In this document: positions 10,801 to 19,725 of the stretch, piece after piece
Position numbering within the stretch: the first letter of the stretch is position 1
How the letters are laid out: each line of letters begins with the position of its first letter
From: an uncultured Acidimicrobiia bacterium
GTDB lineage: Bacteria > Acidobacteriota > Terriglobia > Versatilivoradales > Versatilivoraceae
DNA length: 64,000 bases
Assembly: GCA_963786955.1 (NCBI GenBank)
Contig: CAWBAT010000005.1
Coordinates: 32,001 to 96,000, forward strand
Direction: 5' to 3'
The notes under the pieces: model-generated
Databases searched by the model: none
What the model was told of the DNA's origin: nothing
Seen by the model: the letters and a program-made list of their open reading frames with translations, nothing else
Translations under genes and position numbers: made by a program

Positions 10801-11490
10801 AAATCCCCCAGCTATTTCCGCCGACTCCAAGTAGATACTTCCTGCATTCAATCCAATCAGACCCTAGCCGTAATACTGTTGTTGACCAGCCCCTGCAACC
10901 TGACAGCCCTTCACCAGTGAATCAGGGGTGAGGTCGAATGGTAATTCACTCGTGAGAATCAAGATACAAACAAATAATCAGGGAAATCACTCCAGGGCTG
11001 TATAGATCATTCAAGAGAGAGGGATTAGAATAGAAAGAGAGTGGTTAGATTCCAGCACAGGCCTGCTGGAAGGCGACAGTAGAAGGCATTCCCGCGCCAA
11101 TACGGGGGCGCTTCGAGAGGAGGTTTTATGAGGTTATCTGCAAAAGCTTTGGCACTTGCTATGGGTATTCTTTGGGGAGGGCGTCTTTTGTTCGTTGGAC
11201 TCATCAACTTGGCCTCGCCTTCTTACGGGGTTAATTTTCTGGCAGGGATGAGTTCTGTCTATCCTGGGTTTCATGCCGCCCGAACTTTTGGAGACGTCTT
11301 AGTTGGCACCGGTTACGGAGTCGTCGATGGTGGTATAGGTGGTTTCCTTTTCGGTTGGCTTTACAATGTCTTCGCTGTTTGAGGGGCCCAGAAAGTTGTC
11401 GAAGTTTACGAACTAGGTAAAATCAAGGTTTATGCTCTCCAAGGGATCGATGTTGACCTTTATGATCGTGAACTTATTGTCTTACTTGGG
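10801..11490. repeat. Copy 1 of diverged duplicated cassette (upstream region + small membrane gene + ABC ATPase remnant)
   Basis: Colinear nucleotide similarity to 15309-16160, e.g. cagggaaatcactccagggctgtat, gggcgcttcgagaggagg and cgtgaac.tat.gtcttacttgg. Confidence 0.9.
11128..11382 (+). CDS. Small membrane protein (family sometimes auto-labelled holin-like), copy 1
   Basis: Strong RBS gaggagg. 84 aa with hydrophobic helices and the YPGF / DGGIGGFLFGWLYN motif. Near-identical copy at 15632. Confidence 0.8.
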   Translation: MRLSAKALALAMGILWGGRLLFVGLINLASPSYGVNFLAGMSSVYPGFHAARTFGDVLVGTGYGVVDGGIGGFLFGWLYNVFAV

Positions 11491-11523
11491 CTCCCGGGAA
11501 ATGGCAAGAATACATTACTTCAC
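11395..11523 (+). pseudogene. Remnant of LolD/MacB-type ABC ATP-binding protein N-terminus
   Basis: Manual translation VVEVYELGKIKVYALQGIDVDLYDRELIVLLGLPGNGKNTLL contains a degenerate Walker A. There is no start and no continuation. Confidence 0.7.
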
Positions 11524-11569
11524 GGAGACGTACCGGTCAGAGATACCGCGAAACCACAAAATACGTTCG

Positions 11570-12754
11570 CTAGAACCTATAGTCTGGTAGATTGATGTCG
11601 TCGCGCAGGTCGCGGCCGATGAAAAAATCCGCAAAGAACGGGATCCGCAACAGCCGGGTGACAAGGTTGCGGAAAGTGATGCCGAAGGTGCTCTTCGGGG
11701 CGAATGAGGAAGCGAATTTCGCTGCCGATTCCTGCTTGCGCTTCAGGAACGGCATCATGCGTTCCTCATAGCGAGCGAAGGCCGTGATGTGATCACCCCC
11801 GCAATCTTGAAGTTCGCCCGCGAGCACATAAGCCTCAGCCATGGCAAGCCCTGATCCTTCGCCGGCAAGGAGGGAGACACAGGCCGCGGCATCGCCGATG
11901 AGCGCGGTGCGGCCTTTTGTCCAACTATGCATTCGAATCTGGCCGACATGGTCGAAATAGACGCCGCTGGCATCCTGCATTGCCGCAAGGATCCGCGGGC
12001 ATTCCCAGCCGATATCGGCAAAAACATTTGTCAGTACCGACTTGCATTCTTGGTCGGTCGAAGGCCTTTTGATAGTCAAGTACTCGTCACGAAAAATGAA
12101 GAGAAAGAGCGTCTTGTCGTCGCGCATGGAGAACCGTGAAATCTGTCGTCCCGCGACCCCGTGGCTGACAGAGACGAGTTCATCGCGCGGTCGATAACCC
12201 TCTACCTGGAATGCGGCGACGTGATAGCCGAGTGAGAATTCAAATCTTGCTTCATGCCCGAACACAAACTGGCGGACGCGCGAATGCAGCCCGTCGGCGC
12301 CGATGACTAGATCGACTTCGCGCGGGACGGCATGATCAAAGCTGACATGCAAGTAGTTACCCTCATCTTTGATCCTAGCGATGGAGTCACCGAAGATCGT
12401 CTCGACCTTTCCGTCAATTGCACGGCAAATCGTAGCCGCAAGATCGGAGCGCCGTAGGCTCGTGAAACGGCCTTTGGTTAAGCGGTCGAAAACGTCCGTC
12501 GTGAAGCCGCCCCTCTTGCGGCCGTAGCTGTCCACGAACCGGACCTCCCTCAGCTGGTAACCCAGCTCTCTGATTCGCGGGATCAGCCCCATCTTCTCGG
12601 CGATGTCGTAGCCGACTCCCCAGAAATCGATGACATAGCCGCCGCTGCGAAACTGTGGTGACTCCTCGACGAGTAGCACCTCATGACCGGATTCCCGCAG
12701 CCAATATGCGAGTGTCGATCCGGCGATGCCGGCCCCGTTGATTGCAATCCTCAT
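11570..12754 (-). CDS. FAD-dependent oxidoreductase/monooxygenase (UbiH/FAD_binding_3 type)
   Basis: MRIAINGAGIAG Rossmann motif, GADGLHS and LIGDAA motifs. Start placed at ATG 12754. Confidence 0.9.
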   Translation of the reverse strand: MRIAINGAGIAGSTLAYWLRESGHEVLLVEESPQFRSGGYVIDFWGVGYDIAEKMGLIPRIRELGYQLREVRFVDSYGRKRGGFTTDVFDRLTKGRFTSLRRSDLAATICRAIDGKVETIFGDSIARIKDEGNYLHVSFDHAVPREVDLVIGADGLHSRVRQFVFGHEARFEFSLGYHVAAFQVEGYRPRDELVSVSHGVAGRQISRFSMRDDKTLFLFIFRDEYLTIKRPSTDQECKSVLTNVFADIGWECPRILAAMQDASGVYFDHVGQIRMHSWTKGRTALIGDAAACVSLLAGEGSGLAMAEAYVLAGELQDCGGDHITAFARYEERMMPFLKRKQESAAKFASSFAPKSTFGITFRNLVTRLLRIPFFADFFIGRDLRDDINLPDYRF

Positions 12755-12822
12755 GTACGCCCCCCTCGGACCCATCGGGCCGCGCGGCAAAACGTTCCCT
12801 CCCGAAGGATACCAGATAGGAG

Positions 12823-13035
12823 ATCCCCAAGTTTACGATTCATTTCCATTCCTCCGACAAGAGGGCTCCGGCTGAAGAGGTGTACGCGGTAGTGAGTTAC
12901 CATGGGCATTGGTTCTGGATTGATGATCGTGACTTGTCGTCCATGCGAGGCTTGGCCTTTCTGCTTGGGCTATTTACATTGGCGGAATCTAGTCCAATCG
13001 TTCCTCCCCCATCGTTAACCACTTCCAGACCCTGA
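12823..13035 (+). pseudogene. C-terminal fragment of a conserved hypothetical (lipo)protein
   Basis: Manual translation IPKFTIHFHSS...VSYHGHWFWIDDRDLSSMRGLAFLLGLFTLAES...stop reads as a protein C-terminus but has no start codon or RBS. Confidence 0.5.
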
Positions 13036-13591
13036 CATAATGACAGCCGGCCCACTTCCATGTTGTCTGTCCGGGGCTAGGTGGCCAAACCGCTTTCGCT
13101 GAAATGAACCTCGCGTTCAAACATCATCTATCAAATATAAATCAAAATTCATTCCGCTACTGCCTAGTCCCATTGCGATTTTGGCAACTTGGCTGTTTAC
13201 CATTGCCTTGCTTTATAAATTTACGATCACCCCCTTCCACTATTTAGCGCTATGGTTTCCGTAAACCTCGTTTCAAGAAAATTTATTCAAACTCCCCGGC
13301 AAAGTAGAGATCATTGTTGCCTTTTGGGCCAGGGTATTAGTAGCAAGCATTGGAATTATGAAAGTCAGAGAAGAAGCTGTCCGATTTGTTGAATGCTCAA
13401 ATTCTACTTAACGCGGTTTTGTATTCACCATCTTATCCGTTGCGGCCCCCGCCAAGTGATTGGACTAACCCGTGAACTGGACTGTGCGGCACCGGGTTAA
13501 CGTTTCCCAACCTGCCTTTACAAACTAGATTAGTCACCCAGCACAAGTGCCAGAACGTTATACTTCGTGTCAATTCGCGACATCAACAATA

Positions 13592-14212
13592 TTATGCTGA
13601 GAGGTAAGCTCCCGGGTCATCGAAGTGGGATTTTTCGCCTTTAGGCCATTGATAAAGGACGCTTGTATCAACCACAATTTTACCCTCGGGATTCAATTCA
13701 ATTTTTGCCCGATCCATGGGGCGGGGGGCAGGACCCTCGAAGTTAATTCCATCGTTGTCGTATCCACTTCCACGACAAGGAGATTTGAACTTGTTTTCAC
13801 TAGGCTTCCAATCAGGCGTACATCCAAGATGTGTGCACCGAGCATAAATCACGAAGATCCTACCTGGATCATGCACCACCCAAACCCGGTAATCCTTTTG
13901 GAACTTCGTGTGTACTCCAAAGCCAAAGTCCGAAGGGTAACCAATCGTAAATACGGTACTGGGCTCGTACAAAACACGCGGGAAGAAGAAACGCAAGAAC
14001 ATGAGGAGATTCGTACCTAGGAATCCCAGAATACAGGTAGTGGTGATCCATCTCCTGCGCTGAACGACGTCCAACGGCTTCCCGCCAAAAAGCTTCCGAA
14101 GAAAAGAACCAAAGGTAATTGTTCTATGAGCCTCGCGGATCGCACCAGCACTTGAGACAGTCGGTATATTGGGGGCCGTAGAGGTAGGAGAGCCTAACTT
14201 TGAGTTTAGCAT
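13592..14212 (-). CDS. Rieske (cytochrome b6f/bc-type) iron-sulfur subunit homolog with altered box II
   Basis: RRRW Tat-like motif with TM helix, box I CTHLGC and GPAPRPM. Box II reads SPCRGS rather than CPCHGS. Confidence 0.8.
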   Translation of the reverse strand: MLNSKLGSPTSTAPNIPTVSSAGAIREAHRTITFGSFLRKLFGGKPLDVVQRRRWITTTCILGFLGTNLLMFLRFFFPRVLYEPSTVFTIGYPSDFGFGVHTKFQKDYRVWVVHDPGRIFVIYARCTHLGCTPDWKPSENKFKSPCRGSGYDNDGINFEGPAPRPMDRAKIELNPEGKIVVDTSVLYQWPKGEKSHFDDPGAYLSA

Positions 14213-14242
14213 GTTTTCACCTCTTCACCTTGCAGATGAAAA

Positions 14243-14949
14243 TCAGGCGATTGAAAGTAACTCCCGGTTCAGCAACTTCCCGATCTCGCCTCTTTTCATC
14301 GAGAATGGACATAGCGTCCCATCGCGCTCGAGCGGAGAATCGGGGTAAATGCCTTCCATTCCGGATACCATCAGAGGACACAGATCAACAGCATGAAAAA
14401 CAACAAGGTCGGCATTGTGCCGGCCTGCCTCAGCGGCGCCAGACTCAACCGCAGGGAGGGAAGGATCAGAAAAGTCGGTAGCGGTCAGTACCCTTCCCAG
14501 AGAAGAGGGCCTTGCCACCAAGACGGGACAGTGCGCGTATCGTACCACCAGCTCTGCAGCTCTGCCCAACATTGGCACCCCTTGGCGATCAACCTTTCCC
14601 CCGACGACTACGGCTCCCGCATCAATGTTTTCGGCCCCTCGGAGTATTCCTGCATAAACTGTCCCTTGCTCGATTGTAATGACGACTTGGGTTGTTATAC
14701 GACCTGCCACCTTTTGAATGCGCTCCAGAAGGGCGCTGTAAACCCCAGCCTCAAGTTCGGCGAGCTTTAGAGCGTCGTCGAGACGAAGGTGCGGGAACAG
14801 AGGCCTCACCTCAAAATTCTCGGGGAGACATGGCAGACATGGAGCTCGACGTTGTATGAACAGGCAAGGTTGTGAGCTTGCAGAAGGGTTCCATGGGATC
14901 CTTCGTCAAAAGCCACGGCCGCCATGATCGGACGATTGATCTGAAACAT
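14243..14949 (-). pseudogene. Universal stress protein (tandem USP), frameshifted and C-terminally truncated
   Basis: RBS then MFQINRPIMAAVAF...ELHVCHV, a frame switch near 14815, then LGRAAELVVRYAHCPVLVAR and a second domain start VLTATDFS that degenerates. Confidence 0.7.
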
Positions 14950-15269
14950 GCCCTCCCTCCTCAGAAAAGCCTCTTCATCATGGACTCGATCCAGTTCTGC
15001 GGCACTGAAAGTTACGCTATCGAGAACCCGAACACGCTTCTTATTAAGATTCCCCCCAGCAGGCTTCGGTTGTACAGGATTGTCCCCCTCGCCTCTGACA
15101 ACCTCTGCGATACGGTCTTGAAATGTCAATGCAACGAATGGTCTTCATACTGTTTACAATTCCGTGCGCTGCAACCTCTTTGAACTTAGATCAAGCGTAT
15201 TGAGAAATGATTGAAATCCGGTAAAGATGGGATTTCGCTGGAGAGTGGGGTAGCACGCTTTCCCCTGCT

Positions 15270-15357
15270 GCTTACGTTTCAGGTCGTTTTCGCGAACGTG
15301 GAGCCAGGAAATCCGCCCAGCTGTTTCCGCCGACACCAAGTAAATTACCTCTTGCAT
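15270..15357 (-). pseudogene. Possible HlyD/RND membrane-fusion-protein fragment
   Basis: YLVSAETAGRISWLHVRENDL resembles the biotinyl-lipoyl-like half motif (vsa.vsGrI..l.V.egd.V). A degenerate homolog lies at about 10801-10850. Confidence 0.35.
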
Positions 15358-15631
15358 CTAATCCAATCAGACCTGAGTCTTAATATGGTTGTTGACCAAC
15401 CTCTACAAATTGATAACCCCTCCGTGAATCAGGCATGAAGTCGAATGGGGATTCATTCATGAGGATCAAGATACAGTCAAATAGTCAGGGAAATCACTCC
15501 AGGGCTGTATGGTTCATTCACGGGAGAGAGATTACAATAAAAATGGAGAATCTAGCTCACGCTTGGAGGTGGAAGGGGGAAGTAGGGGGCATTTTCCCCG
15601 ACCGATACCGGGCGCTTCGAGAGGAGGATCT

Positions 15632-15898
15632 ATGCGATTATCTGCAAAAGCTTTGGCATTTGCCATCGCTGTTCTGTGGGGAGGGGGCCTTTTGTTCGTT
15701 GGACTCATCAACTTGGCCTCGCCTTCTTACGGGACTAATTTTCTGGCCGGGGTCAGCTCCATCTATCCTGGGTTTCATGCCACCCGAACTCTGGGAGACG
15801 TCCTGGTTGGCACTGGTTACGGAGTCGTCGATGGGGGTATAGGCGGTTTCCTTTTCGGCTGGCTTTATAATGTCTTCACTGGAAGAGGAGACCGTTAG
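15632..15898 (+). CDS. Small membrane protein, copy 2
   Basis: RBS gaggagg, then MRLSAKALAFAIAVLWGGG...; near-identical to 11128-11382. Confidence 0.8.
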   Translation: MRLSAKALAFAIAVLWGGGLLFVGLINLASPSYGTNFLAGVSSIYPGFHATRTLGDVLVGTGYGVVDGGIGGFLFGWLYNVFTGRGDR

Positions 15899-16007
15899 TA
15901 CTGTGCTCTCTCTACTCCAGCTCTCCCCGGCGCATGGTAGGCGCGGCGGTTTTCGGAATCAATCCGAGCACGCCCGGCAAACTCGAACGAGTCTTGCATC
16001 GGCGATC

Positions 16008-16160
16008 ATGTCGGAAATTATTAGTAGTTCTTTGGAAAACGCCCCCGTATTCAATACCCGCGAGGTCGTCAAAGTTTACGACGTGGGTGAAGTCTAGGTC
16101 TATGCCCTCCAAGCCGTCAGTTGCGACCTTCATGCTCGTGAACATATCGTCTTACTTGGT
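16008..16160 (+). pseudogene. ABC ATP-binding protein N-terminal remnant, copy 2
   Basis: MSEIISSSLENAPVFNTREVVKVYDVGEV*VYALQAVSCDLHAREHIVLLG has an in-frame TAG at 16095-16097 and ends before Walker A. Confidence 0.7.
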
Positions 16161-16242
16161 TTTTCTGCCTAAACCCCCATCAGGGCTGTATTGTCGTTCA
16201 CGAGTGAGCCTAGTAATGTTGGATTGTAAGGGGGAAAGAAGT

Positions 16243-16259
16243 TTGGCATGCAGCTTGAT
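16243..16259 (+). promoter_or_regulatory. Possible sigma54 -24/-12 promoter
   Basis: TTGGCATGCAGCTTGAT matches TGGCAC-N5-TTGC with correct spacing but GA at -12. It lies upstream of the small ORF at 16326. Confidence 0.3.
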
Positions 16260-16325
16260 TAGGACTGATCTAAACGTTGACGATTTCTATTTTTGCCTCG
16301 TCCCTGACTTTTAAGGAGTTTTGTC

Positions 16326-16565
16326 TTGTTAGGACTACTTATATTGGTGGCTTTTTTCCTTGTCATAATCGCACTTCATTTTCTCAGGTTAGTGACTTCG
16401 AGAAAGCAAGCAGAACTGGACCCACGTGAGTTTCAGTTGTGGTTTCAACGATACTACCTTGGAATGACTGGCTCCTTGGACGCGCCTGCCGACATCTCTC
16501 TACGGCATGAAAGACCAGAGAAAAATCGGCAACTGGATACAAGTATCAAGGCTGCATTCAGATGA
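16326..16565 (+). CDS. Hypothetical small membrane protein
   Basis: RBS aaggag, TTG start and a single N-terminal hydrophobic helix. Confidence 0.5.
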   Translation: MLGLLILVAFFLVIIALHFLRLVTSRKQAELDPREFQLWFQRYYLGMTGSLDAPADISLRHERPEKNRQLDTSIKAAFR

Positions 16566-16789
16566 CCCAATCAGTCATCCCCATCGCCAATAGCCCAGGA
16601 GGACGTCTTTTAATGGCTTGCCAAATAAGGTGAGGCGGAAATTGATGATGAAATGCGTTTCGCGTTGAGGAAGATGTATGATCAGGAATTGCCAAACTTG
16701 ATAACCGGATTGTTCGTCTTAGGCACCCCCAAAATATGAATTTGCGTTGCATCAATAAGAAAGACACTTTGAATCTTGCAACTTAAAAA

Positions 16790-19673
16790 CTACTTTAAGG
16801 ATAACTTGGCGACCACTCTAGAGAGCACTTCATCGCCTTCAAATGAAGTTCTACATTGGTCTTCGCATTGCTTCCAAAGATTCTCCAACATGATAAGAAT
16901 TGCCTCGGTGTTCTCACTATAGAGCCGCTGTTTTGGCTTAGCGACGAGGGCTTTCCGGGCTGATTCCAACAATTCCCGGACGACTCAGAAGGAACATTTT
17001 CTGATTTGGCAAAACAGGAGTCCGAATGCGTGGAGAGTCCTTTCCAATAACGACCGGCTTCTGCGATTGCGTTCAGCTGAACTCAATCCTCGAGGGGTTG
17101 GGTCCAGGGCAGTGATTTGGGTACAAACCTCAAGACGATTCTGAAGTGTCTGGTCATCCGGGTTTCCTCTTAACGCATTACGAAATGCTTCTTCTGCAGA
17201 GAGATAGTTCTGTTGCGCAAACTCAGCCTCACCCAAGCCAGCATAAGCTTCGGCGTCTTCTTTATGTTGTCGCAACAGCTCTCGAAACGGCTCTGCCGAT
17301 TCCTTTGCTGCGCTCAAATCAAGCAACAGGCGGCCAATTCGCTTCTCGAGCGTTGGTTGTCATGTGCTTGTTCCGCCAGCGACAGAAGTTCCGTCGTAGC
17401 CTGCTTTTTGTTGCCATTCTTGAGCAGGAATTCAACGAACTCAAGACGGACCTCCGTTGGATTTTCTGGCGAATTGCTCTGCCAATGACCATAGATCGCG
17501 CGATGATAATAGACCATGGCTTCTTGGTTTTTGTTTTGCTGAGCTGCCATTCTTGCCAGACCGAGATTTGCGACCCCATTATTGGGGTCTTCTTGCAGTA
17601 ATTCGTGGAAATAGTCTTCTGCTTCATTGGGCCGGTTCACCTTCAGCAGTGTCATCGCCAACGCAGTTCGATGCTCTCGGCTGTGCGAGACGGACAGTGC
17701 ATTGCGGAATTGCTCGACGGCATCCTCGTTCCGACCCTGCTGCACAAGTTCATTGCCACCTTAAAGGCCTTCTCTGCCTGGGTCCGTCTTTCCGAGTGGT
17801 AGAAATAAATAAAGAAGCCGGTTAGCAAAAACAGACCCATCAGCGCAGCCGAAATACCCGCTAACAGTGGCACAGGAGAAGTACTTGGCTCCTGGATAGT
17901 CTCCACAGACTGGCGAGATTGATTACCGAGGCCGTAGGCATCCATAATATCCTTCAGGGAAACGGTACCCTTCAGTTCCCGGAGATTAGACCGGCCCACG
18001 ACCGGAAGAATTTTCAATCCTGTAGCTGCCATTCTTCGCATGACCACATCTAGTGGATGATCGTCATGGACATGAGGGAAATTTTCTGCGGTGAGAGGTG
18101 AGTCCGAATCAAGTAGAGCCAGAAGGTCGCCCAAGGACGTTTCACCCTGCCCTGCTTGTACGGCTTGCTCCAGTTGTTCCAGCGATATCATCCCCAATAA
18201 CCCGTGCTGGCCAATCACGGGCCAAGCAGACTGATCTTCCCGATTTAGCATCGGTAGGACAGATATCGTTTTGTCGTTCGCATTGAGAATTGTTCTGGCT
18301 GGATGCATGGCGTTTCTTGCGATCAGAAGCCCTTCCCGCTGCCGGACATATGAGGGAATATGAATTCCTTCCTGATGCTGCAGTGCCTCGTAAATCGGTT
18401 CACGCTGAAACCGGTAGGATATAAAGTAACTGAGCAGATTGGAAATCATGAGCGGAACAATGATGGAATAATCACGCGTGACCTCAAAAATCATGATGAC
18501 TGAAGTGAGAGGGACTCGGATGATCCCGGCAAACGCCGTTCCCATCCCTACTAAGGCGTAGACTCCGACACTGCCCGTGTAGTCTGGGAAAAAGCTGTGG
18601 GCTATGCTGCCCACTGCCCCACCCAGCATGGCTCCAATGAATAGGCTTGGCCCAAAAATACCCCCTGCATTTCCTGATGCATAACAGGTAGCCGTGGCAA
18701 CAACTTTGAGTATTACGAGCAATAGCATGATGCCCAGAGTCAACTGCCCGTTGAGTGCTCTGCTCACATGGCCGTAACCCACACCCAAGACCTCGGGGAC
18801 AAACCAGCCCAAACCCCCAACCAGGGTTCCACCGACAGCCGGGAGAAACCAGCCGCACCATTTGGGAAAAGACATGAAATATTTGCGGAGATAGAGGAGA
18901 AGCTTGACGAAGACCACGGAAACAAACCCACCCAGGATTCCCAGCACAGCGTAATTCAAGATCTCCCCTGGATGCACAAGCTGGTAGGCAGGAACATGAA
19001 AAAGGGGCTCATTGCCGAGAATCGTGCGCATCACCATCCAGGAAGTTGCAGAACCCAGCACGATCGAACCCAATACCCGGGCGTTCATATCTCCCATTAC
19101 CTCTTCGAGAGCGAAAAGGACGGCGGCAATCGGGGTGTTGAAGGCAGCCGCCAGCGCGGCGGCTGCTCCAACAGGGAACAAAGCTTTTACTTTGTTTGGA
19201 TTTAGTCCGAGTCTCCGACCGAGCACTGAAGCGATCCCTGCGCCTACATGTACTGAAGGACCTTCTCGCCCTAGCGCGATTCCACTCGCCAGGGAGATTG
19301 ATGAACAAATGAACTTACCCACAGTCGTACGCAAGCTGATATAACCGTCATGAATAAAAAGAGCGGCCTTGGTTTGGGGAATTCCGCTGCCGCGAGCCTG
19401 AGGGAAATATCGTTGAAGCATGAGCCCTGCGATCAGAGATCCGAGAATTGGCACAAGAAGACGCCGCCAAGCGGCGCCCCCTGCAGGGTACATCCGAGAA
19501 GCCAGGTTCTCGGTTAATAGGATAAAAGCCACGACCACCAATCCCACTATGGCGCCAATAATGAGTGTTAAAACTAAAAGTATCTTATCCTCGTGCTGAC
19601 GAATTGTCTCAGCGTTGGTCCAAACGCGAAACCAACGTACCCAGAAAGGTGCGGGTGTGATCTCTGTTTCCAT
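16790..19673 (-). CDS. ClC chloride channel/antiporter with CBS domains and C-terminal TPR extension (frameshifted)
   Basis: ClC motifs GSGIP, GREGP, AAFNTPIAA and GGIFGP, then a CBS pair and an extra TM helix. TPR-like ORFs 17745-17314 and 17326-16985 and a tail at 16972-16790 continue it through frame switches. Confidence 0.8.
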
Positions 19674-19725
19674 GTATTTCCCAAGCCTTAGCGCAGTAAC
19701 GAAAAGAGCCGTACCGTATCGACTC

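Larger units (their letters stand above)
15309..16160. repeat. Copy 2 of diverged duplicated cassette
   Basis: Homologous to 10801-11490. It retains extra sequence between the membrane gene and the ABC remnant. Confidence 0.9.

Noticed and set aside
11128-11382. Prophage lysis module
   Set aside because: No endolysin, structural or integrase genes in the window.
16095-16097. In-frame TAG in the ABC ATPase-like sequence as pyrrolysine or read-through
   Set aside because: The sequence ends before Walker A and the sister copy is also decayed, so this is an ordinary pseudogene stop.
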